A stretch of DNA of 14,849 bases, from the NCBI GenBank assembly GCA_037446215.1, contig JBBIJB010000060.1, forward strand, positions 1 to 14,849, in the 5' to 3' direction. This DNA is from Armatimonadota bacterium. Lineage in GTDB: Bacteria; Sysuimicrobiota; Sysuimicrobiia; Sysuimicrobiales; Humicultoraceae. This document shows positions 1 through 8,100 of the stretch, piece by piece. Under the pieces are notes generated by a model. It was not told the DNA's origin. It ran no database searches and was given only the letters and a program-made list of their open reading frames with translations. The number at the start of each line of letters is the position of its first letter. Within the stretch, counting starts at the first letter, position 1. Made by a program: the position numbers and the translations under genes.

Positions 1-1
1 C

Positions 2-700
2 TCGCGGAGCGCCGAGGCAATAGCGGCGGCGGCCGATGAGATATCGGGGAGTCCCGAGGTAGCAGACGCGGGCGGCGTGGCGTTCGGCGTGGCTGCCGAC
101 GTCTCACGATCCGAGGACATCGAGCGCGTTGCCGGGGCAACGCTCGACCGCTGGGGGCGGGTAGATGTCCTGGTGACCAACACCGGTGGCCCGCCTTCGG
201 GTCCCGCCCTGGAGATGACCGACGGCCAGTGGGAGGCGTCGGTCATCTCGCTTCTCCTCTCCGTCGTGCGCCTCTCCAGGGCCGTTATCCCGGCGATGCG
301 AGGCCAGGGATGGGGGCGCATACTCCACGTCGCCTCCTTCACGGCCAAGCAGCCGCTGGCCAACATGGCGCTCTCCAATGCGCTGCGGCTCGCGATCGTC
401 GGGCTCGCCAAGACCCAGGCCCTGGAGCTGGCCCCGCACAACATACTGGTGAACACGATCTGTCCAGGGCCGATCGCCACGGACAGGCTGCTGGATCTTA
501 CAGGGCAGTACGCGTCGCGCGAGGGTATCTCAGTCGAGGATGCGACGCGCCGGCTGTGGCTGTCACAGGTTCCGCTCGGCAGGCTCGGCGACCCTCGCGA
601 GTTTGCGAACCTCGCGGTCTTCCTGGCCTCCGAGCGCGCCAGCTTCATAACCGGCGGGACCTTCCAAGTGGATGGGGGAGCAGTGCGGGGGCCGTTTTGA
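2..700 (+). CDS. SDR family oxidoreductase, atypical BKR-like subgroup; 5' end lies outside the window
   Basis: The frame is open from nt 2 (SRSAEAIAAAADEI...). It has SDR motifs ADVS, VDVLVTNTGGPP, GRILHVAS, NILVNTICPGPIAT, PLGRLGDPREFA and ASFITG. The N-terminal TGxxxGxG motif is absent, consistent with truncation. The catalytic YxxxK position reads SNALR. Confidence 0.93.
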   Translation, partial: SRSAEAIAAAADEISGSPEVADAGGVAFGVAADVSRSEDIERVAGATLDRWGRVDVLVTNTGGPPSGPALEMTDGQWEASVISLLLSVVRLSRAVIPAMRGQGWGRILHVASFTAKQPLANMALSNALRLAIVGLAKTQALELAPHNILVNTICPGPIATDRLLDLTGQYASREGISVEDATRRLWLSQVPLGRLGDPREFANLAVFLASERASFITGGTFQVDGGAVRGPF

Positions 701-721
701 CAGGTGGAAGGAGGCGCTTCT

Positions 722-2134
722 GTGAGGACCGAGGACCTTCTCGCGTACATCGACTCGCACCAGGAAGAGCACCTCGAGCGCGTCCGCGCGTTCGTGGGCC
801 AGCCGAGCATAAGCGCCGACGGGACAGGGATCGAGGCGATGGCGGGCCTTGTGGCAGAGACCATCCGCGCCGTCGGTGGATCGGCCGAGATCGTCGCGAC
901 ACCAGGACATCCCGTCGTCACGGGACGGCTGGAGGCCGGCGCACCAAAGACACTGCTGTTCTACGGAATGTACGACGTCCAGCCGGTCGAGGGTGAGGAA
1001 TGGATCGTGCCGCCCTTCGCCGGCGAGGTGGTGGATCTGCCCGGCTGCGGCCCCTCGATGGTAGCGCGCGGCGTCTACAACTCGAAGGGCCCGCTGGCCG
1101 GACTTCTGAACGTGATCGGCGCCTACAAGGCGCTCGGCGAGAAGCCTCCCGTCAACCTGGTCTTCATGGTCGAGGGTGAGGAGGAGCTGGGCAGCCGGAA
1201 CCTGCCGGGGTTCGTGGAGTCGCACAGGGACGAGCTGCGCGCGGATGCCGCCTACTTCGCCTTCTACGGGCAGGATGCCCGCGGGATCCCGGCGATGTAC
1301 CTGGGCGTCAAAGGGATCATCTTCCTCGAGCTGATCTGCCGCGGCGGCGAGTGGGGAGGACCCGGAAGCAGGATGATCCACGGGAGCAACGCGGTCTGGA
1401 TCGGCAGCCCCACATGGCGGCTGGTACAGGCGCTGTCCTCGATGATGGGGCGTGACGAGCAGATCCTGATAGACGGCTTCTACGACGAGGTGACCCCGCT
1501 CGATCCCGACGGCGAGCGTCTCCTTGAGAAGCTGACCGAGGTCTTCAGCGAGCAGGAGATCCTCTCGCAAAACGACGTCCGCAGGTTCAAGCTGGAAGGC
1601 CACGGCGAGACCCTCCTGCGCAACTACCTGGCGCTGCCGACCCTGAACATCGACGGCATGGTCTCGGGGTGGGTCGGGCCGGGCTCCAAGACGGTCCTTC
1701 CCCACGAGGCGCGTGCCCGCGTAGACATCAGGCTCGTTCCGCGGATGGAGATAGGGCGGACGGTTGACAGGCTGAGGGCTTACCTTGATGGGCAGGGCTA
1801 TTCGGACATCGCGGCGGAGGTGTGGCAGGCCTACCCCTGGGCCCGCACGCCGTGGCGCAGCGAGGTCGTGCAGGCGATGGTGGGGGCGATACGCGACCAG
1901 GGGGTCGAGCCCTACGCCTGGCCGACGATCGCGGGAAGCGCGCCGATGTACCTCTTCTCTGACGTGCTCGGGATGCCGTTCGTCATGGGAGGGCTCGGCC
2001 ACGGGGGCCGTGCGCACAGCCCGAACGAGTACGCGACGGTCGAAGGGATGCGCCTGTTCGAAAGGTCGGTCGCATCGTTCCTGGAGCGGTTCGCGGAGGC
2101 CCGGCAGGAGAAGCACGGTGGAGGCGTGAGATGA
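722..2134 (+). CDS. M20/M25/M40 family metallohydrolase (dipeptidase-like fold) with substituted metal ligands
   Basis: Motifs PSISA, TLLFYGMYDVQP, W..PPF, ARGVYNSKGP, VEGEEELGS, LGVKG, PTLNIDG, KTVLP, IRLVP and AHSPNEY. AAGGAGG at 708-714 favours the GTG at 722 over the one at 704. Confidence 0.9.
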   Translation: MRTEDLLAYIDSHQEEHLERVRAFVGQPSISADGTGIEAMAGLVAETIRAVGGSAEIVATPGHPVVTGRLEAGAPKTLLFYGMYDVQPVEGEEWIVPPFAGEVVDLPGCGPSMVARGVYNSKGPLAGLLNVIGAYKALGEKPPVNLVFMVEGEEELGSRNLPGFVESHRDELRADAAYFAFYGQDARGIPAMYLGVKGIIFLELICRGGEWGGPGSRMIHGSNAVWIGSPTWRLVQALSSMMGRDEQILIDGFYDEVTPLDPDGERLLEKLTEVFSEQEILSQNDVRRFKLEGHGETLLRNYLALPTLNIDGMVSGWVGPGSKTVLPHEARARVDIRLVPRMEIGRTVDRLRAYLDGQGYSDIAAEVWQAYPWARTPWRSEVVQAMVGAIRDQGVEPYAWPTIAGSAPMYLFSDVLGMPFVMGGLGHGGRAHSPNEYATVEGMRLFERSVASFLERFAEARQEKHGGGVR

Positions 2135-3498
2135 TGCCGCGGTTGACAGCCGGGGTCTTCTACGATCTTGCCATCTGGATGGCCGGGTTTGGCGTGCTGA
2201 TCGGCATCATATTTCCCTTCTTCATGGTCATCATAGGGATTCCACCAGCGAATGTGCTTACCGGCGCCTTCTTCGCCGCCTGCATCGCTGCCGGGCTGAT
2301 CGTGGGTGCCGTGAACTTCCTCGTGGCGCGCGGCGTCGTGGGGAGCCGGCTGCGAAACCTCACTGACCGCATGCGATTCGTGAGCCGCACGATCCAGGCG
2401 TCTGCCCATACGGGGGATTGGTCGGGCTGTGATCCGGAAACCTGCCGCGTGCCCGAGGACTCGAGCGACGACCTCGGCGACGCCGCAGCGGCATTCAACC
2501 GTCTTACCGAGGCCCTGGCCACATCCCACCGTCTTGAGACCGCGATGAAGGAGTTCTCCAGGGCAATCGCGAGAAACCTGGAGCTGGACGCCCTCACTGA
2601 ACACGCACTCCGTTGCTTCCTCCAGTACACGCACGCCGCCGGCGGAGCCGTAATTGTTGACCTGGACGGCGATCTGGTCGTCAAGGCCCACGCGGGGATG
2701 GGGAATCCAGATGCGCTCGTCACCTCTGAGCCTGTACGCCGTGCCCTTCGAACGCTCGAGATCGGGCACCTCGAGATTCCGGAGGGACTCATGCTCGACG
2801 GCGTGGTAGCCGCGTTCAGGCCCAGGCACGTTCTCATCGCGCCGCTCGAGTTCCGCCAGGTCCCTCTGGGCATCATCGTGCTGGCCAGCGGCGAGACGTT
2901 TTCGCCCGACTCGGAGAGCCTGCTGACACCACTGCGCCAGAACCTGGGCGTCGCGCTCAACAACGCGCTCACCCATGAGAGGCTTCAGCGGCTGGCCGCC
3001 CTCGACGGGCTGACGGGATGCTACAATCGACACTTCGGGGTACGGCGCCTCGAGGAGGAGTTCGCGCGCGCGGTGAGGGCCGGAACCCCGCTGGGCGTCC
3101 TCATGCTCGACATCGATCACTTCAAGAGCGTCAACGACACGTACGGCCACCTCGCCGGCGATCGCGTCCTGGTCCGGGTCGCCCGCACCGCTCAGCGCGC
3201 AGTCCGCGCCGGCGACGTGCTCGTCAGGTACGGGGGAGAGGAGTTCCTGGCGTTGCTTCCCGGCGCCGACGCCAATGACGTGAGCCAGATCGGGGAGAGA
3301 ATCCGCCGGATGGTCTCGGAGACCCAGATTTCTGAGCTCGACCAATCCTTTTCCGTTACCGTGAGCCTCGGTGCGACATCCTACCCCGGAGACGATGTGT
3401 CTGGCCCAATAGAGCTCGTAAGGCATGCGGACGAGGCGCTCTACCGATCGAAGCAAGAGGGCCGCAACCGCCTTACCTTAGCGCGCTTCACGGAGTGA
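2131..3498 (+). CDS. Membrane-bound diguanylate cyclase (2 TM - HAMP - GAF - GGDEF)
   Basis: Two N-terminal hydrophobic segments; HAMP-like RLRNLTDRM...DDLGDAAAAFNRL; GAF-like segment (VLIAPL...LGIIVL...ALNNA); DGLTGCYNR, DIDHFKSVNDTYGHLAGD, intact RYGGEEF, RxxD I-site (RAGD), ADEALYRSKQEGRNR. ATGA overlap with the upstream stop. Confidence 0.95.
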   Translation: MMPRLTAGVFYDLAIWMAGFGVLIGIIFPFFMVIIGIPPANVLTGAFFAACIAAGLIVGAVNFLVARGVVGSRLRNLTDRMRFVSRTIQASAHTGDWSGCDPETCRVPEDSSDDLGDAAAAFNRLTEALATSHRLETAMKEFSRAIARNLELDALTEHALRCFLQYTHAAGGAVIVDLDGDLVVKAHAGMGNPDALVTSEPVRRALRTLEIGHLEIPEGLMLDGVVAAFRPRHVLIAPLEFRQVPLGIIVLASGETFSPDSESLLTPLRQNLGVALNNALTHERLQRLAALDGLTGCYNRHFGVRRLEEEFARAVRAGTPLGVLMLDIDHFKSVNDTYGHLAGDRVLVRVARTAQRAVRAGDVLVRYGGEEFLALLPGADANDVSQIGERIRRMVSETQISELDQSFSVTVSLGATSYPGDDVSGPIELVRHADEALYRSKQEGRNRLTLARFTE

Positions 3499-3522
3499 GA
3501 GATGCTGGTGCTCTGTGCCGCG

Positions 3523-3531
3523 TGATATACT
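3523..3531 (+). promoter_or_regulatory. Extended -10 promoter element (TG-a-TATACT) for tRNA-Glu
   Basis: TGATATACT lies 12 nt upstream of the tRNA 5' end. No clear -35 is present. Confidence 0.6.
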
Positions 3532-3543
3532 TGGCTTCGATCG

Positions 3544-3621
3544 GCCCCCATCGTCTAGGCAGGCCCAGGACACCGGTCTTTCAAGCCGGCGACGCGGGTT
3601 CGAATCCCGCTGGGGGCACCA
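3544..3621 (+). tRNA. tRNA-Glu, anticodon TTC, CCA encoded
   Basis: Acceptor GCCCCCA/TGGGGGC; D arm GTCTAGGCAGGCCCAGGAC; anticodon arm CCGGT-CTTTCAA-GCCGG; T arm GCGGG-TTCGAAT-CCCGC; ends in A-CCA. Confidence 0.97.
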
Positions 3622-3680
3622 GATGCGGAGTAGTAGTAGCGTGCACTTTGCGGTGCCAGAAGACGGCCAGGGGGCGAGAG

Positions 3681-3914
3681 GTGAACAAGAAGCAGAGGTT
3701 CGTCATCGTCGCGGTAGTCGTGGTTGTTGCCGCCATGCTGCTCTACCCACCCTTCGTCTGGGTCGGCTCCTCAGGCACCGTGGGGGCAGGCTACGACTGG
3801 ATCCTCTCTCGCACAGTCGAGGGCGCGAGTGTCAACCTTGGGCTCCTCGCGGCGCAGTGGTTCGTCGTGTTTGTGGCGGGCGGCGCCGCCTGGCTGCTGC
3901 TCGGGAACCCCTGA
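3681..3914 (+). CDS. Small hypothetical membrane protein, 77 aa, two TM helices
   Basis: GTG start after a purine-rich stretch (GGGGGCGAGAG). MNKKQRF is followed by a hydrophobic helix, a YPPF...GYDWIL loop and a second hydrophobic helix. Codon third positions are GC-rich. Confidence 0.75.
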   Translation: MNKKQRFVIVAVVVVVAAMLLYPPFVWVGSSGTVGAGYDWILSRTVEGASVNLGLLAAQWFVVFVAGGAAWLLLGNP

Positions 3915-3945
3915 CGTGTACACCATGCCCACCGGAGGTAATCGG

Positions 3946-4974
3946 ATGAGACGGATGGTGCTAGCTCTGGCCGCCGCTATCGTGCTCGCGGCGTCCGCCG
4001 CCGGGGCCGCGGCGCCGGGGGCGCAGACGCCCTGGAAGTTCACCATAGACTGGGTCTTCGACGGCTCGTACTCGCCGTTCGTCCTCGCGCTGGACAAGGG
4101 GTACTACGCCGCCGAGGGGCTGTCGGTGACCATCGACCGCGGCTTTGGGTCCGCGGACGCGGTCTCAAAGGTCGCCGCGGGCGCCTACACGCTGGGACTG
4201 GCGGACATCAACACGATGATCGAGTTCAACGCCAAGAACCCGGGTAGGGAGCTGGTCGCCGTCCTCATGGTCTTCGACGCGATCCCTTCCAGCATCGTGA
4301 CGATGCGGCGCGAAGGGATAACGCGCCCGATCGACCTCTACGGCAAGAAGATCGGGGCCCCGGCCGGGTCTGCCCCGCGCGTGTTGTGGCCGCTGTTTGC
4401 CAGGGCGGTAGGGATGCACCCGGCCTCGGTCGAGTGGGTCACGATGGCGCCTCCGCTCCGAGAGCCGATGCTGTTCCGCGGCGAGGTCAACGCGGTGGCG
4501 GCCTTCTCGTTCAACGCCTTCATCACCCTCAAGACCCTCGGAGCCGATCCGCGCGACATCGTGATCTTCCCGTACAACGAGCACGGCCTGCCGCTCTACG
4601 GTCTTGCGGTGATGGCGCCCGCCGCCCTGCTGGAGCGTGAGCCGCAGGCCCTCCGGGGCTTCGTGCGGGCTTCCGTTCGGGCCTGGAAGGACGCTGTGGC
4701 GAACCCCGCGGAATCGGCCGCGGCCCTCAAGCGCCGAGACCCCCTCGTCAACGAGGATGTCGAGCGGGAGCGGCTGGCGCTCGCGCTCCAGCAGGTCGTT
4801 CTCACGAGCGACGTGCGCGCGAGGGGCTTCGGCGGAGCAAAGAGCGAGCGGCTGGCGCGCGCCGTCGACCTCGTGGTGGAGGCGTTCGGGCTGTCTGCCA
4901 AGCCCGCGTGGCAGAAGGTCTTCACAGAGCGGTTCCTGCCGCCGAAGGCGGAGAGGATGCTGCCCTCCAGGTAG
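3946..4974 (+). CDS. ABC-type substrate-binding protein, NMT1/THI5/SsuA-like
   Basis: RBS GGAGGT at 3934-3939 and ATG at 3946. Sec signal peptide MRRMVLALAAAIVLAASAAGA without a lipobox Cys. Motifs FTIDW, ALDKGYYAAEGL, GSADAVSKVAAG, DLYGKKIG and GLPLYG. Confidence 0.9.
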   Translation: MRRMVLALAAAIVLAASAAGAAAPGAQTPWKFTIDWVFDGSYSPFVLALDKGYYAAEGLSVTIDRGFGSADAVSKVAAGAYTLGLADINTMIEFNAKNPGRELVAVLMVFDAIPSSIVTMRREGITRPIDLYGKKIGAPAGSAPRVLWPLFARAVGMHPASVEWVTMAPPLREPMLFRGEVNAVAAFSFNAFITLKTLGADPRDIVIFPYNEHGLPLYGLAVMAPAALLEREPQALRGFVRASVRAWKDAVANPAESAAALKRRDPLVNEDVERERLALALQQVVLTSDVRARGFGGAKSERLARAVDLVVEAFGLSAKPAWQKVFTERFLPPKAERMLPSR

Positions 4975-4997
4975 GCGGGCAAAGGGGTGTTCGGACA

Positions 4998-5138
4998 GTG
5001 CGGCGGTTGACGGAGTTCGTGGGGAGCGTTACATCCAACAACCGGCGCGAGTGGCTGGTTGTGGCAAGCGTGCTCATGCTGCTCGCCCTCGCGGTGGGGC
5101 TGGGGTGGATCCAGGTCGACCTCCCGTGGGGACGCTAG
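4998..5138 (+). CDS. Putative small single-TM protein, 46 aa (MRRLTEFVGSVTSNNRREWLVVASVLMLLALAVGLGWIQVDLPWGR)
   Basis: GTG at 4998 follows AAAGGGGTG (4981-4989). One clear hydrophobic helix. The ORF fills the gap between the binding protein and the RND stop. Confidence 0.55.
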   Translation: MRRLTEFVGSVTSNNRREWLVVASVLMLLALAVGLGWIQVDLPWGR

Positions 5139-5154
5139 GAGAGGGCCGGGCCGC

Positions 5155-8100
5155 CTACTCCCCGTCGCCCGGCTCTAGGGCCCCCGAGGGCATCTCGCGT
5201 CGGCGCCTGCCTGCCGCCCAGGCGATCGCTCCGTCCAGCCAGACATAGAGCGCCGGTATCAGCAGGAGACTCCCGATCATCGCGGTCACTATGCCCCCTA
5301 CTATCGCGCGGGCCAGCGGCGCCTGCAGCTCGGACCCCGCTCCGAAGCCGATCGCAAGCGGCAGCAGCCCGAACGAGGTCGTGAAGGTGGTCATCAGAAT
5401 TGGGCGCAGCCTGCGCTGGCCGGCCCTTGCCAGAGCCTCCCGGAGCGGCACACCTTCGTTCCTCAACTGCAGGGCGTAGGTCATCAGCACGATCGCGCTG
5501 TTCACCGAGAGCCCGACCAGCACTATAGCCCCCAGGCCCGACTGGACGTTGAGGGTCGTTCCCGTGATCAGCAGGCTGAGGGCCACGCCGACGAGCGCGA
5601 ACGGCACGGTGGCCATTATGAGGAACGGCTCCAGCAGCCGCTCGAACTGGGAAGCCATAACCATGTAGACGAGCACGAGCGACATCAGGAAGCCGGTGGT
5701 GAGCTGCCCGAACGACTCGCGCTGCTCCTGGTACTCCCCTCCGAAGGCGAACGAGAACCCGGCGGGCAGCCGCTCCTTCAGCATGGCGGAGCGCACGTCG
5801 GCGAGGGTCTCGCCCAGATCCCTGCCCGTGACGTTCCCGGTGAGGGTGATGATCCGCTCCCGGTTTCGTCGCTGGATCTGGGTCGGGCCCGGCGTGCCGA
5901 CGATCTTCGCCAGCTGCCTTAGCGGTACTATCCCCCTGGGGGTCGAGATCGGCAGGTCCCCGATCTGGTCGGGGGTCGTCCTGTCGGACTCCTGGAGACG
6001 GACGATGACGTCCACGTCCTCGCCTCCGGCGCGGTAGAGCGCGGCCGTGGTTCCCCCGACGTAGGTGCGGACCGAGGAGGCGACCTGCGCGGCGCTGACG
6101 CCGAACGATGACGCGCGCGTGGGATCCACGCGCACCGTGAACTCCTCCGCGCTCTCCTCGCGGCTGACCTGCAGGTCGGTGACCCCCGGGATCGCCTCGA
6201 GGACTCCGCGCAGCCGGCGGGCGGTCGTATTGCCCGCCTCGAGATCGAAGCCCCGCAGGTCGATGCTGATGGGATCCGGGGAGCGGAAGAAGAACAGCGA
6301 GCTTATCGGCCTGAAGATCAGGTTGGCCCCTGGGACGTTCACCCTTCGGCGAAGGTCGGCGATGACATCCCTCGTCGCTCCGGCTCCGTTCTCGAGCCGC
6401 ACACGGAAGGAGGTCGAGTGGGTTCCCCCTCCGCCGAACCCCCCTCCGCCGACCGTGGTAAGGACCGCGGCGACGCCCGGGACCTCCTCGACGAGCATCT
6501 GCTCTACCCTGCGGGCGGCTCGGTCGGAGGCTTCCAGCGAGGTCCCGCGCGGCTGGTTGATCATGAGTATGAACTCGCGCTCGTCCGCCTGCGGGAAGGT
6601 CTCCCTGCCAATACGCGGAAGCGCGGCCCAGGTGAGGATCATGACCGCAACCGCCGGGACCACAACGAGGGCCGGTCGCCGCATCACCGCCATCAGCAGC
6701 CGCCGGAACCCGTTCTCCACCGAGGCAAACGCCCGCTCCGCGAGCGTCGCGAGGCGCCCTGCCGCGCCCTTACCGTGGCCGATGACCAGCGCCCTGGCTC
6801 CGAGCGAGGGAATCAACGTCACGGCGACCGCAAGCGAGCATACCAGGGAGAACGTCACGACGTAGGCCAGCGGCCGGAACATCACGCTCGAGATGCCGGT
6901 CGTGAAGAACATCGGCAGGAAGACCACTATCGTCGTAAGAGTGCTGGCCACGAGCGCGGTGCCCACCTCGGCCGTGGCCTCGTCCGCCGCGATCTTCGGG
7001 GGGCGCCCTTCCTCCCGGTGGCGGAAGATGTTCTCGAGCACGACTATCGCGTTGTCCACGAGCATTCCGATCGCAAGCGCCAGGCCGCCGAAGGTTATCA
7101 GGTTGAGCGTCAGCCCGCCGCTGAACATCAGCAGGAAGGTGGCCATCACCGAGATCGGGATCGCCGTCGAGATTATCAGCGTGCTGCTCATGTTGCGAAG
7201 GAAGGCGAGCAGCACGATCACGGTGAGGGCCGCCCCCATCATCGCCGCCTGCTGCACGTTGGCGATCGAGCGCCTGATGTACCTGCTGCCGTCTGTAACG
7301 ACCGTGAGCTGCGTCTGCGGGAACTGCTCGTTCAGCTGCCGGACCACCCGGAAGACCCGGTTCGCGACCGCGACCGTGTTGGTCCCGGACTGCTTGGAGA
7401 CCGCGATCATGATGCTGGGCTGGCCGCCGATCCTCACCAGCGAGGTGGCATCGGCCAGCCCCTCCTGCACGCGCGCGACGTCGGACACGCGCAGGGGAAC
7501 GCCTCCGCGCACCGCGACGACGGTCTGCGCAACCTCGCCCACCGTGGAAAACTGGCCGGTCGTTCGGACGACGCGGCGTTGCGCGCCCACGCGGACGTCA
7601 CCGCCCGGGTCTATCACGCTCTCCGACCTGAGCGCCGCGTTGATCTCCCTCTCGGAGAGCCCGAAGGCGGCGAGCCTCCGGGCGTCGAGCCGCACCTGGA
7701 TCTGCCTGTCGCGCGTGCCGCGGACGTCCACGTTCGCAACGCCCTCTATCTGCTCCAGGCGCGGCTTGAGCTCGTTCTCGGCTATGTCGCGCTGGATCGA
7801 GAGATCGCCGCGGCCTTCGATGCCCAGCGTGACGATCGGGAAGATGTTGGGGTCGAACTTCGACACGCGCGGCGAGTCGGCGCCGGAGGGCAGCCGCGAG
7901 CGAACCCTGTCTATGGCGGGACGCACGTCGTTGGCCGCGGCCGAGAGATCGGTGCCCCACGCGAAACGCAGCGAGATCGTGCTGCGGCCCTCGATCGAGT
8001 TCGACGTGATCTCGGTGACGCCCGGGACCGTGCTGAAGGTGTTTTCGAGCAGGGTCGTTATCTCCCGCTCCACCTCCTGGGGGCCGGCGCCGGTGTAGTT

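Noticed and set aside
698..724. SDR and M20 ORFs are in the same frame, separated only by TGA-CAG (possible readthrough or selenocysteine fusion)
   Set aside because: The SDR ends at its normal family C-terminus (VDGG...), the M20 has its own strong RBS, I see no SECIS-like hairpin, and a same-frame arrangement occurs one time in three by chance.
563..3456. Long antisense ORFs 563-2116 and 1912-3456
   Set aside because: They are shadows of real high-GC genes, with Arg/His/Pro-rich composition and no motifs.
3495..3680. N-terminal extensions of ORFs through tRNA-Glu (and similarly 12483-12536 through tRNA-Val, and ORFs across tRNA-Thr)
   Set aside because: They run through intact tRNA genes; better RBS-supported starts lie downstream.
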